Positions 49,753 through 62,158 of a stretch of 64,000 nt of DNA are shown here, in pieces. Within the stretch, counting starts at the first letter, position 1. Every line of letters begins with the position of its first letter. Below the pieces are notes generated by a model that worked only from the letters and a program-made list of their open reading frames with translations, was not told where the DNA came from and did no database searches. Source of the DNA: Chiloscyllium plagiosum (lineage: Eukaryota). Made by a program: the position numbers and the translations under genes. The DNA lies in NCBI RefSeq assembly GCF_004010195.1, contig NC_057719.1, positions 9,795,775 through 9,859,774 on the forward strand, read 5' to 3'.

Positions 49753-52452
49753 AATAATGGAATTAAGAGGCAGAGTGCAGTACACGGTGCAGGCTCAAAA
49801 GGCTGGGTGGTCTACTCATGTTTCTAACTTTTCCCTGCTGAAATTTTTTTATAACCTTCATAAAAATGTTTCTTCTCCACCCGTTAACCCAGGGTGCCAG
49901 TGATTGTCCTCATTGCATGTTTCTACCTCAATGAAAGCCCCTCTGCTTGACAGCAGCTGATCAAAATAAGTGAGCGTCAAGTCTTATCATATGGGAGCTC
50001 TTGTGGTGCAGTGATAGGGTCACTACCTCTGAACCAGGAGGTCCAGGTTCAATTGCTCAAGAGATGTGACATATACACCTCAAAACAGGTTGATTAGGAA
50101 GATATCTCTTCTGATCATGTTGCATTAATAAGCCAATCACAGATCTAAAATAAAAACAAAGGAAGTGAGCTTCCTGACAGTGTCCAGCAGGGAATGCCAG
50201 GTTAAACTCTCAGCAGCTGATAAGGAGCTGCATGGCAGTTTTATTTCTCAAACATTGAGCACATTTAAACCCAGTTAAATGCCACAGCTGTTCAAATGAG
50301 TGGATTTAAAAAAGGTTGTTATTTAATAAGTAGAATTACTGCTCTCACTTAAAAACCTGTCACCTTTGTCTAACAGTTCCTGATTTATTAAAATGGGAGG
50401 CAAATTTATTCTTTTTTCACCATTAACTACCACAAGGTTCTTCCTCAGTCATCTCCAGTGCCTTGAAATTAGCCTGAATCATTATTAATAAAGCATCTTC
50501 TTGAGGGGAGAAGTTTTAAGGGGACTCAGACCTTCTGATGGGAAGGTAGTCATTGTAGCTGCATCGGTTGGAGTTGCCTCTTGGGACTGGGCATTATTCT
50601 GAAAGTTGAAACCTCTGGTGCTTAATTATCCAGCACCTGGAAGTCTGCAAACGAGTCCCCAACTCTGAGTTAGTTGGAGACTGCAGAGGATTCTGACATG
50701 AAATAATGCTTACGCAGGAAAAAAATTAGATGAATTAAAATCTGCCCAACCTCTATGATAAGCTGACTGACTCTCTGACTCACCAGTGACCACCCTCCCT
50801 ACCAACTTGATGTTTGCCTGGCTCGCCAGTTGCGCCACCCACCTGGCACCCTACTGTTCATCGACCTAGCACCCAATTCATTCACCATCTCGCACCCAAT
50901 TCATTCAACATGTTGGCCTCAAACTCCCTCACCCACCAGGTACCTTATCTTCCATCTGTCTGGCTCTCCAATTCATTCACCTTGTAGCAACCAACCTCTT
51001 CACTCACCTAGTACCCTGCCCCACACCTGTCTGGTTCCCCAGACCCTCTATCTACCTGGCACCCTACTCTCCAGCCACCTGCCCCCTTTAACCACTTGGC
51101 TGCTTACCCCATCACTTCCCTTGCACTTTACCCTCCTCAATGTGTGTGATCCAGGACTGTGGCCCCTTACCCAGAAGTTCAGTTGGAAACCTCCTCTAAA
51201 GGTAAGTGCACATCTTTCATTGAACAGGGTTTCCAATCATCATCAGAAGACCTGGGCCATCCTGAGTAACACTGAGGCCTTGTTATCCATTTTATACCCT
51301 TGTCATCCTGAAAACTATACAAAGGGATATCTTGTTCAAAACGGATGGTATTTATTTCACTTAGTTATTCACAGCTCGTCATTAACAAAAAACAAAATGT
51401 AAATTTTTGCTTTAGTGGGGCATCATATGAGTGGAAACACATTCACTTTGAGTGTCTTTTAACATATTCAGTAGTTCAAAATGGCTCTGGAGCACGGGGA
51501 CAATTAACACTTTTCACTGTTTTTTTTAAAATGCATGTGACATTAAATCATCATTCGTTTTTTCACTTTTGTTTCTGAATTTAGCAGCTGGTACAAAAAT
51601 GTAGTCCTTATTGTGTAATGTTGACGCAAGGCCTGTGACTCAAGGTTCTATTTGCACTCTCCAGGTCTCGCTTTCTCTTGCAGATTGCAATGGTTTCCCT
51701 TTTCCCTACCTTTGGGAACTTCTCTATGAGTCTGATAGCTTTCTGCCAACTCTTTTAATTGCAATATTGTACATAACACTATCCTCTGCATTTGGATAGA
51801 CCATTCTATGCTTTCTTGACAGTCTCTTGCTCATGACTGCCAGTCTGTCTGCTGCATCATCATTTCATTATCGAACGCAGCACTGACTGAAAGAAAAGTG
51901 CCCTTATCCCCATCTTAAAAGGGCGGACCCTAATTTTAATTTAATTCAATTCAGGAGTTTCATTCAGGATTCACCCACAAGAGGGAACATCCCTTCCATG
52001 TCCAAATAGTCAAGACTTTGAAACTCAGAAAGTAGTGGAGGTGAGGTCGCTGATTATTTGTAAGGTGACGGTGTAGAGATTCTAGTTAGGCAGGGAGAAT
52101 TGAAGGTCATCACAGTAGATGGAAATGTGGAATTCAGAACACTAACAAGTATTGCCATGACAATACTGAATGACGGAGCAAACTCAGGTGGCCAAAGAGC
52201 CTACTCCCACTCCTAAGTTGTATTTTCATGTGTCATATTCTACCTACCAGCTCACTCTCAATCATCAGTAAAGTGAAGGCCAAAACCATCAAGTGATTTG
52301 GGGGAGCAGATTTCGGACTGAGTTAAGGAGGAACTGCTTCACCCAAAGGGTTGTGAATCTGTGGAATTCCTTGCCCAGTGAAGCAGTAGAAGCTATCTTG
52401 TTGATTTTTTAAAGGCAAAGATAGATAGATTTTTGAACAGTAAAGGAACTAG

Positions 52453-53902
52453 AGTTGGAAAGATCCAACAAGATGGTGCCAGATACGGTCAACTCCTTAT
52501 GAGTTCCTGCGTGCAGATCTAAGTTTCCTATTTCCTACAATCGTTCTACACTCTTTAAACTTAATTATATACTTTTAAAAATTACTAATAACTATGTTTT
52601 ATCTAAACTGTTTGTTCCAACAGTAAAAGAACTTTCCATCGTGGATCTGTTGGTCTGATAGGCAAATTGGAGTGGGTCAAGAGTAGTGAGGAAGCTGGAG
52701 TTGATTAATGATACGACCAGTCTTTCAATGCACTTCATGACCACTGAAGTTAGGGCCACTGGGTGGTAGTCATTGAGACATACTGCATGAGCCTTCTTAG
52801 GCACAGGGATGATGTTGGCCCTCTTAAAACAGGCAGGGACAGTGGCCTGCTGCAAGGAGAGGTTGAAGATGTCCGAGGAGACCTCTGCCAGTTGATCTGT
52901 GCGTGCTCTGAGTGCACAGCCTGGTACTCCGTCTGGTTCCATCGCTTTCCTTGGATTCACACAAAGGAAAACTGATCTGACCTCTGGTGCAGTGACTGTT
53001 GGGATAGGTTTGTCAGGACATGTCAGATTAGGTGTTACCTCTCTGCCGAAATTCTGCTCAAAGCGAGCATAGAAGGCATTGAGATGATCCATTTACAAGT
53101 TCGCTGATGACATCACCATAGTCAGTCGAATCTCAGATGGTGATAAAACAGACTACAGACGGGAGTGGAAGACCTGGAAAAATGGTGCACGGAGAACAAC
53201 CCAGCTCTCAATGCCGGCAAAACCAAATAACTCATTACTGACTTTCGGCACGATGTTACTCATGCCCTCCTACACATTAACAGCACAGAGGTGGAACGAG
53301 TGGAGAGTGTCAAGCTCCTGGGAGTGGTCATCAACAACAAGTTTCTTGGACTCTTCACATTTGCAAAGGCCTATCAACGTCTCTTCTTCCTCAGGAAGCT
53401 GAGGAAATTTGGCATGACGGCGAATACCCTTGCCAACTTTAATAGGTGCGCCATCAAGAGCATTCTGTCTAGATGTATCGTTACCTGGTATGGCAACTGT
53501 CCCATTCAAGATCGGAGACGGTTACAGAGAGTGGTGAACTCGGCCCAGACAATCACAAAGGTCAACCTCCCATCTATAGAATCCATCTACCAGCCCCGCT
53601 GTCAAGGAAAGGCTGCCAGCATTCTCAAAGATCCATCCCACCCTGTCAATGTTTGTCTACAACCACTACCATCGGGGAGAAGGTACAGCAGCCTGAACAC
53701 ACGCACCAACCAGCTTCAAAACAGTTTCTACCCTCTTGTTGTTAGAATACTGAATGGACTCACAAACACTTAACATTCGCCTGTACCTGTGTTTTTGTTA
53801 TCTACGCTACTTAACTCTGTGATCTGCCTGTATTACTTTCAAGACAAAGCTTTTCACTGTGCCTCAGTACACGTGACAATAAATTCAATTCAATTCAATT
53901 CA
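52453..53902. mobile_element. Rex1/Babar-clade LINE with an internally inverted RT segment, inserted in a CR1 3' fragment
   Basis: Minus ORF 52592-53092 (LNAFYARFE...FNLSLQQATVPACFK...LNDYHPVALTSVVMKCIERLV...LDPLQFAY); plus strand KFADD and QRLFFLRKLRKF...CIVTWYGNC; (ttcaa)n tail at ~53885-53902. Confidence 0.9.
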
Positions 53903-56330
53903 ACTAAGGTTTATGATGAGCGGGTGGGTAAGTGGAGCTGAGTCCATGAAAAGGTCAGCCATGATCTTATTGAATGGCGGACCAGGGTCGAATGACCTAC
54001 TCCTACTCCTATTTCTTGTGTTCTTTTGTTCTTATTTATCAAATTGCAGCTCCTCACCAATTAGCTGCTTACTGACACTCAGAGAGTATTCATCCAGTTT
54101 AAATGTCAGCCTCTCGACAATGAACAGCCCTTCACTATCTACAAGGCTTAAACCAGGAGTGTCACTGAATATCTGCCCCTCTGCCACAGGCATTCAATAT
54201 GATCATGGCTGATCACTCAACTCAGTGTCCTGCTCCCACCTTCACTCCATTCGCTTTCATCCTACAAATTATATTTGATTCCTTTTTGAGAACATTCAAC
54301 GTTTGGGCTTCAACCAATTAACGCCATCACTTCTGAGTCACACAACACCCTGGCATGGACAGGTGGAACTAGCTCTCCATTGTGACAGGTCAAAATCTTG
54401 GAATTCTCTCACATTGTCCTTGATACACGGTATGGACTGCAGGAATACATAAAGGTGGCCGAGATTTCCCAGGCCCTGCAATGACATGTACACAGTTGGA
54501 TCATTGAAGCTGTGGTGGGAAAACAGTCAAGTGTCAGTGACCTGTCACCCTATTCAAAACCACCTTGAAGAATTTGAGGGAGCAAAGTACATGACCCTAC
54601 TGTCATTTTGTTCAGATGTCCAGAGATGAATGGCTTGACTTATGAGGAGTGATTGAGTACTTCAGGCCTGTAGTCACCAGAATTTAGAATGATGGGAGAA
54701 GATCTAAGTGAGGTATATAAGACACGAAAAGGGATTAACATAATAGACGTAGAATGAAGTTTTCTTTTGTGAAGTAGTCTGGAATGAGAGATCCCTTATT
54801 CGAGGAGAAGAGATAAAAGATTTAAACCAGAGATGAGGAGAAATTGCTTCTCTAAAAGGGTCGTGAATCTATAACAGTCATTATCCCACAGTGTGATGGA
54901 TGTGATGACATTGAGTAAATATAAGGAGATAGATTTTTGTTTTAATTACGAATGGCTTAAAGGGCGATAGAGATCAGGCGTGGAAGTGCAGCAGAATCCG
55001 AGATGAGATCAGCCATGATCACATCAAATGGCGGATCCGGCTTGAGGGCCTGAATAGCCTACTCCTGCTTCTAGTTCTTATGTTCTCAAAGGATTGTGAA
55101 GCTGTGGAATTCACTACCATTGAATGAGGTGAATGCCAAATAAGTTGAAGTCAAAGTCACCACAGCCCCAGTAGACAAGAGGGCTGTTTCCTCATTATAC
55201 AGGGATGACTGAGGGCCAGGTTAACCGGAGGGTCACCGCACCTCAGACGAGGGTGATGTTGAGAAGGCCAGCCCTTCACAGTAACCTCAGTCAATGTGGG
55301 AGTTGAATTGATTGTTGCTGGTTTCACTCTATACTGCAATACCAGGCAACCAGCCAACTGAGCTCACTGATATCCTTTAAATTTAAGAAGGGGACAAACA
55401 GATCTTTAATCAGTAAAGGGTTGAAATGTTATGGAGAGTTGGCAGGAAAGGACAGTTGAGGTTAAGCTGGTGGAACAGAGAGGATGAATGGCCTACTCCT
55501 AGTTCTTATCTTCTTGTTTTAAGAAGACGTCAATGCTCAATTTTTCTAGTAACTCCCACATTTCCAACACAGTCCTCATTGGTTTTCTTTAGTCTGTCTT
55601 CGACCTAGGATAAATGTTCGGCACAACATCGTGGGCTGAAGGGCCTGTCCTGTGCTGTATTATTCTATGAATATGGGAAAAGACAGTTCCAGCAAGTCGT
55701 TTTCCACTGTCATGACCTACAGAGATGTGCTTCCACTCGTGACCATGACCCTCAATGACCCCTCACACCTGGCAAGACAAAACAAAATTAAGCTAATTCA
55801 TCAAAACTGATCCAGGGAATTTGGGAAATGTTTAAATTGAGTTCACACCATTCCTTCTCTGCAGAGGGTTGAGTTCGGAACTCCTTGCCACAGAGAGCTG
55901 GAGGGTGAGGCAGAGTCCTTGTGAGTATTTAAGGCTGAGACAGAGAGATTCTTGATCAGTCAAGGAATCAAGGGTAAGGGGAAAAAGGCAGGCAAGTGGA
56001 TGTGAGGAATGTCGGATCTGACACAATCCTATTGAAGGGTGGAGATGGCTCGAGGGGCCAAACAGCCCTTTCCTGTTCTTATTTCTTATGGTTTATTGTG
56101 GTACCATCACAGTATCTATGGGGAAAATATCCAAACTCCTACCTTCTTTCATATATAGTGATATTGGCCACAGACAGTTACTTGCCCTGCTCTTTTGCAA
56201 ACTATTGCCACAACCCCACCGTTCATCACATGCACTTGTACTTTATTCTAAGTGTTTGCAAACCTCTGCGTAATGTAGGTCCTACAGATCTAGTCCATTT
56301 CTATGTTTGCCTAGAGTTAGGTAAGGAGTT

Positions 56331-58145
56331 ATAGAGTTAAGGAGCATCCAAAGGGATTTTCCAAATACATTAAAGACAAAAGGGTAACTAGGGAGAGAAT
56401 AGAGCCCTGAAAGATCAGCAGGGCCACCTATGTGTGGAACCGCAGGAGATGGGGGAAATACTGAGTGAGTATTTTCCATCAGTGCTAACTGTGGAGAAGG
56501 ATATGGAAGATAGAGAATGTGGCGAAATAAATAGCGACATCATAAAAAAAAAGTTAATATTACAGAGGATGTGGTGCTGCCTGTCTTAAAACACATAAAT
56601 GTGGATAAATCCCCAGGACCTGATCAGGTATACCCTAGAACTCTGTGCAAAGCTAGGGAAGTGATTGCTGGGCCCCTTGCTAAGGATATTTTAATCATCG
56701 ATAGCCACGGGTAGGTGCCGGAAGACTGGAAGCTGGCTAACATGGTGCACTATTTAAGAAAGGTGGTAAGGACAAGCCAAGGAACTATAGACCGGTTAGC
56801 CTGGCATTGGTGGTGGGCAAATTCTTGGAGCGAATCCTGAGGGACAGGACTTACACATATTTGGAAAGGTAAGGACTGATTAGGGTTAGTCATCATAGCT
56901 TTGTGCATGAGAAACCGTGTCTCATTAACTTGATTGAGTGTTTGAAGTAACTAAGAGGATTGATGAGATCAGAGTGCTGGGTGTGATCTATATGGACTTC
57001 AGTAAGGGTTTGACAAGGTTCCCCATGGGAGACAGGTTAGCAAGGTTAGATCTCATGGAATACAGGGAGAACTAGCCATTTGGATACAGAGTTGGCTCAA
57101 AGGTAAAAGACAGAGGGTGATGGTGGACGGTTGCTTTTAAGACCGGAGGCATGCAATTAGCCTTGTGCCACAAGGATCAGTGCTAGGTCCACTATTTTTC
57201 GTCATTCATATAAATGCTTTGGATGTGAATACGGGAGGTACAGTTAGTAAGTTTGAAGAAGACACCAAAATTGGAGGTGTAGTGGGCAAGCAAAGAAGGT
57301 CATCTCAGATTACAACAGGATCTTGATCAGATGAGTCAATAGGCTGAGGAATAGCAGATAGAGTCTAATTTAGATAAATGTCAGGTGCTGCATTTTGGGA
57401 AAGCAAATCAGGGCAGGACCTATACACTTAATGGTAACGTCCTGGGGAGTGTTGCTGAACAAAGAGACCTTGGAGTGCAGGTTCATAGTTCCTTGAAAAA
57501 GTGAAGTCGCAGATAGATAAAATAGTGAAGAAGGCATTTGGTATGTTTTCCTTTATTGGTCAGTGCATTGAGTAGAGGAGCTGGAAGATCATGTTCTGGC
57601 TGTACAGGACATTGGTTAGGAAAATACTGAACACTGCATGCAATTCTGGTTGCCCTGCTATAGGAAGGTTGTTGTGAAACTTGAAAGAGTTCAGAAAAGA
57701 CTTACAAGGATGTTGCCAGGGTTGGAGGATTTGAGCTCCAGGGTGAGGCTGAATAGGCTGGGGCTATTTTGTCTGGAGCATCAGAGACCTTACAGAGGTT
57801 TTTAAAATCATGAGGGACATGAATAGGGTAAATAGACAAGGTCTTTACCCTGGGGCTGGGGAGTCCAAACCTCGAGGACATAGGATTAGGGTGAGAGGGG
57901 AAAGATTGAAAAGTGACCTAAGGGGCAACTTTTTCACACTGAGGGTGCTGTGTGTATGGAATGAGCTGCCAGACGAAGTGGTGGAGGATGGTACAATTAC
58001 AACATTTAAAAGGCATCCAGGCGGGAAAATGAAGAGGAAGGATTTAGAGGGATATGGACCAAATTCTGGCAAATGGAACTAGATTCCAATATCTGGTTGG
58101 CGTGGATCGAAGGATCTGTTTCTGTGCTGTACATCACTGTAAATC
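56331..58145 (+). mobile_element. 1.8-kb decayed CR1/HER1 LINE covering most of the RT domain
   Basis: gataaatccccaggacctgatc (DKSPGPD), ggaactatagaccggttagcc (NYRPVS), gacttcagtaagg.tttgacaagg, and 3' end. Confidence 0.92.
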
Positions 58146-58599
58146 TATATATTGGATCCCTTGTTCTCCCGGCATGTCTATTTTACATACCTCATCAATT
58201 CAGACAGAGTATGTTCCATTTATTATTTCACATTTTTCAATTAGATCAGCTCATTAATCTGCGCTCTGCCTATAAAAAAGACTAAGCTCTCTGAACCTAT
58301 GAACGGCTTTCAAAGTGGATACATTCTAACATACACTCTGTTACCTTTTCCAGGGTTAGTACATCCATCACTGCAGACAACTAAAACAGTCTAGATGGAA
58401 CAGAAACTGTGTCTATCTGGAGCCAAATAGTTAAACAGTCACAGAAGGGAGACTGGAGGAGAATGAGCCTGCAATTGTCCACGAGCAGCCAGTTAGTCAG
58501 TCTGCCGCTGGGTTTCGGCCATTAGAGAAGGATGGTGCAGCCAATGAGGTGTCTTTAAAAGCCTACTAAAGGCACAAGACGTTTTTCACCTGATTATCA

Positions 58600-59160
58600 A
58601 AGGGTGTGGAGTGACCTGATAGAAATTTATGACAAGATTACAAAATTTACAAAAACTTACAAAATTATGAGAGGCATAAACAGGATAGATCATCGGAGTC
58701 TTTTCTCCAGGGTAGAAACATCAATTACCAGGGGGCATAGGTTTAAGGTCAAAGTGGGTAAGTCGAAAGGAGATGTGAGAGACAGGCCTTTTACACAGAG
58801 GGTGGTAAGTGTCTCGAATGCTCTGCATGGAGGAGGTAGATACAATAGCAACATGTAAGAGGTATCTTCTTCACTATCCTATCTATCTGCGACTTCACTT
58901 TCAAGGAACTACGAACCTGCACTCCAAGGTCTCTTTGTTCAGCAACACTCCACAGGACCTTACCATTAAGTGTACAGGTCCTGCCCTGATTTGCTTTCCC
59001 AAAATGGGAGGTATCTCAACAGATAGATAAATAGTCTACGGACTAGAGATACGGACAGCATAGAGGGGAAAGGCTTTTAGTTTGGAAAGGCATTGTGTGT
59101 CAGCACTGTCTTATGGGCCAAATGGCCTGTGCCCTTGCTATTCTTTGCTCTTTTGTTCTT
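58600..59160. mobile_element. CR1 3' fragment containing an inverted CR1 piece (~58868-59007)
   Basis: Insert flanked by gaggtatct on both sides; insert resembles 11065-11195. Confidence 0.7.
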
Positions 59161-59647
59161 AATACAGCTGGAACCCCTGCTTAGTCCCAGCTAATGAAAG
59201 GAGACGGCCTCTCATTAGAATCACCATTCATGATTCCATTCCAGATATTTATGAATTGAATGTAAATTACACCAGCTGCCTGGGGTAGGATCTGAATCAC
59301 TATCCCTCAAGCATTCACCAAGGCCTCTCAGTTCGTAGTCCAGTGGTACTATACCACCATCTTCCCCATTCTGATGCTGGCCTGCTAATTCTCCCATGGG
59401 CTAAAAACCTCCCCTTGGATCGTGAGCATATCCACTAATTGGTCAATTCATCTGAAATCGCATTGAGAGGCAGCAAGGTGTAAAAATGAACATTTTCAAT
59501 TTCCAAATGAAGGTGACTTCTTTTCTTTTCTCTCCTGTACCAAGCTTCCAAGCTCCCTTGAGCCACTATGCAAACACAACAGGTAAGTGACATTCCTTCC
59601 ACCAATGCAAAACTGGCTAGAAAGAGGGCTCTTGTACTGCACTGGTA

Positions 59648-59937
59648 GTGTCCCTCACTCATTTTGTGCTGTCCACTTTATTGCTCGCTAAACTTCTTGC
59701 ACACCAGTGATCATGCCCTTCTCTCCTGATGTGATGTTGCTGACACATCCAACATTTATTGTCCATCCTCGACTTCCCTTGAGAAGGTGGTGATGAGCTG
59801 CCTTTTTGAACCACTGCAGTCCATGTGGTGTACATACACACTGTGAGGAGGGTGTTCCAGAACTTTAACCCAGTGAAGAAACAGTGGTATTTTTCCAAAT
59901 CATGGTGGTGTGAGAGTTGGGAGTGGGAACTTGCAAG
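59648..59937 (-). repeat. Left arm of a ~290-bp inverted duplication (partner 61868-62158)
   Basis: Reverse complement aligns to 61868-62158 with about 11 differences by eye. Confidence 0.95.
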
Positions 59938-60881
59938 GAGGTGCATGTTCAAATGCCACCTGTTCCAGAGGTTTGTCATATACACCTCTGAACAGGTTGA
60001 TTCAGGAATATCTACAAAACATGCCAAGACAAATAGCATGAAGATCAGGGCATGGAAATTCACTCTGACCTCTCTCAGAGGTAATGCCAGACTGTTCCTC
60101 ATTCATGTGGCTGAGATCATGAAAGGAGAGCGGGAGGTCAAACTTACACCCTGTCAGGCCATACTCCTTCCACCTTGTAAATCCTTCAGGCAAATAACTG
60201 ATGTGCTTTTACTTTGTCACAGTAAACAGGCACAAAACAAAAGGCAAGCCAGGAAATCGCTTCCCAAAATCCAGGGATGGGGATGGAAGGGGAAGAATTA
60301 ACTCTTTCAGAAGTTGCAAAGGTTAACAAACATCTTTCAGCAGTGATAATTAGAAGTCTTCATCCACAGACAGCAACATACATTTAGATTCCTGTGCATT
60401 TACATTGCTGTTCTTTCCTAATATTTCATTTGACATCCCTCATTCTCTTTTTGCAAGTTTTACTGATTTGCACATCCGCCTGCTTATTTGAAAACCACTC
60501 ACCGGTAAATAACATGCAAGGAAGTAATTTAATCTAGCCCACTCAATCATAATCACTATTGGCTGTGTGCAAATTGTGTAGAACATCATCTCGTAACTGA
60601 TGCACAGTATTACTTCATGTCAAACCTACTACCGATTATAATTCATGTTTCTTCCAGTACATATCTTATGAAAAGAGTAGAACAATGAGAATGCATGATC
60701 AATATCACGGTATCCTCTTTTATCAAGTAAAATAAATCTCATCATTATCATATTATAATACACAATATTTAATTTCTAAATGTTGTTTTTGGGATGGCTA
60801 CAATGTATACAAAGGTGAAGGTTCACCCAAGGCGTTGAATGCTATTCCACCAGCCCTGTTAGGAAGGTAAACCACACTTAC

Positions 60882-61265
60882 CTCTTTCACATGTTCTCCC
60901 CCAGTAGCCCATGCCTGTGCAATCACAGATGAACCGGTTCCAGCCTTCCCTGCACACTGCATTGTTCTTGCAAGGGTTGCTGTCACATTGCTTCGTGCTC
61001 AGGCGTAAGCAAGATGGCTTGACCCCAGCCGCGTTCTGTTCCTCAGCCAACTGCCGGATATCTTTGCTCCTCCCATCAATGAACAAGTCCCTGATGCAGC
61101 CAACATAGCCATAGTTGAGCATGGCTGTCCACAGCTCTGTGGGCAAGATGGACCCCATTCTGTTGTCTGGTAGGCCTCCAAGGTACATGTCCCCCTCCAG
61201 GTCAAGAATCTCACTGTCTCCACTTGCTGTGAATGGGGTACGTCGACTATTCACAGATATCGTGC
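60882..61265 (-). CDS. NRXN3: Internal coding exon of alpha-neurexin-3 (C-terminal part of LNS3 domain plus EGF-like repeat 2), 384 nt, phase 1-1
   Basis: Translates (G)[32 protein letters not shown]...[26 protein letters not shown]...[35 protein letters not shown]. Acceptor ttttctctcgcag|GC at 61265, donor AGAG|gtaagt at 60882. [18 protein letters not shown] and KNNAVC fit NRXN3 better than NRXN1/2 as I recall them. Confidence 0.95.
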
Positions 61266-61454
61266 CTGCGAGAGAAAATCAAATGTTTGTAAAATGTTGG
61301 TCCAACTTTTACTAAGTGCCAGAAACATGTAAAAGACTACATTTCTGATTCAATATCACCAAAATATTTGCATTGGCTTCCTCCAGTAACTCAGTGCTAA
61401 TCTTATGAGAAGTTCTTTAACAGCACTTTGACAATGCAATCTCTTTGATTTCTT

Positions 61455-61815
61455 TACATGTTCATTCCTGGGATAAGGGCGTCGCTGACTGAGCCAGCAT
61501 TTATTGCCCATTCCTAATTGACCAGAGGACAGTTAGGAGTCAACCACATTGCTGTGGGTCTGGAGTCACACGTGGCCAGGCCAGGTCAGGTAAGGATGGC
61601 AGATTTTTCCCCTAAAGGACATTAGTGAACCAGATGGGTTTTTCCAAGAATCGACAATGGATTCATGATTATCATCAGACTCTTAAACACAGATTTTTAT
61701 TGAATTCAAATTCCACTATCTGTTATGGCGGGATTTGGACCAGAGTACCAGAACATTATGTGGGTCTATGGATTAACAGTCCAGTGATAATATCACTAAG
61801 GCCATCACCTTCCCC
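61455..61815 (+). repeat. Unclassified interspersed repeat (gccagcatttattgccca...gagtcaaccacattgctgtgggtctggagtcac)
   Basis: Related copies at ~2640, 21410+27571, 36250 and 46320. Confidence 0.75.
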
Positions 61816-61867
61816 AGGTCTCTACCAGCTGGAAGGACAAGGGTGCAGGAACATGGGTATACCATCG

Positions 61868-62158
61868 CTTGCAAGTTCCCACTCCCAACTCTCACACCAC
61901 CATGATTTGGAAAAATACGACTGTTTCTTCACTGGGTTAAAGTTCTGGAACACCCTCCTCACAGTGTGTATGCACACCTCATGGACTGCAGTGGTTCAAA
62001 AAGGCAGCTCATCACCACCTTCTCAAGGGAAGTCGAGGATGGGCAATAAATGTTGGATGTGTCAGCAACACTCACATCAGGAGAGAAGGGCATGATCTCT
62101 GGTGTGCAGGAAGCTTAGCGAGCAATAAACAGGACAGCACAAAATGAGTGAGGAACAC
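61868..62158 (+). repeat. Right arm of the inverted duplication flanking the NRXN3 exon
   Basis: Same peptide LASSHSQLSHHHDLEKY.CFFTGLKFWNTLL appears in ORFs 61625(+) and 59659(-). Confidence 0.95.

Larger units (their letters stand above)
1..60881 (-). other. NRXN3: Large NRXN3 intron downstream of the exon; next exon (expected EASILSYDGSMYMK...) not found in window
   Basis: No neurexin-like peptide elsewhere in the ORF track or seen by eye; neurexin introns are known to be very large. Confidence 0.75.

Noticed and set aside
50830..51402. 190-aa Pro/Ser/His-rich ORF
   Set aside because: Low-complexity C-rich strand, no recognisable domain or splice context.
60859..60881. ORF-track extension GKCGLPS-stop after the exon
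   Set aside because: Read-through past a consensus GTAAGT donor; no evidence for an intron-retained isoform.
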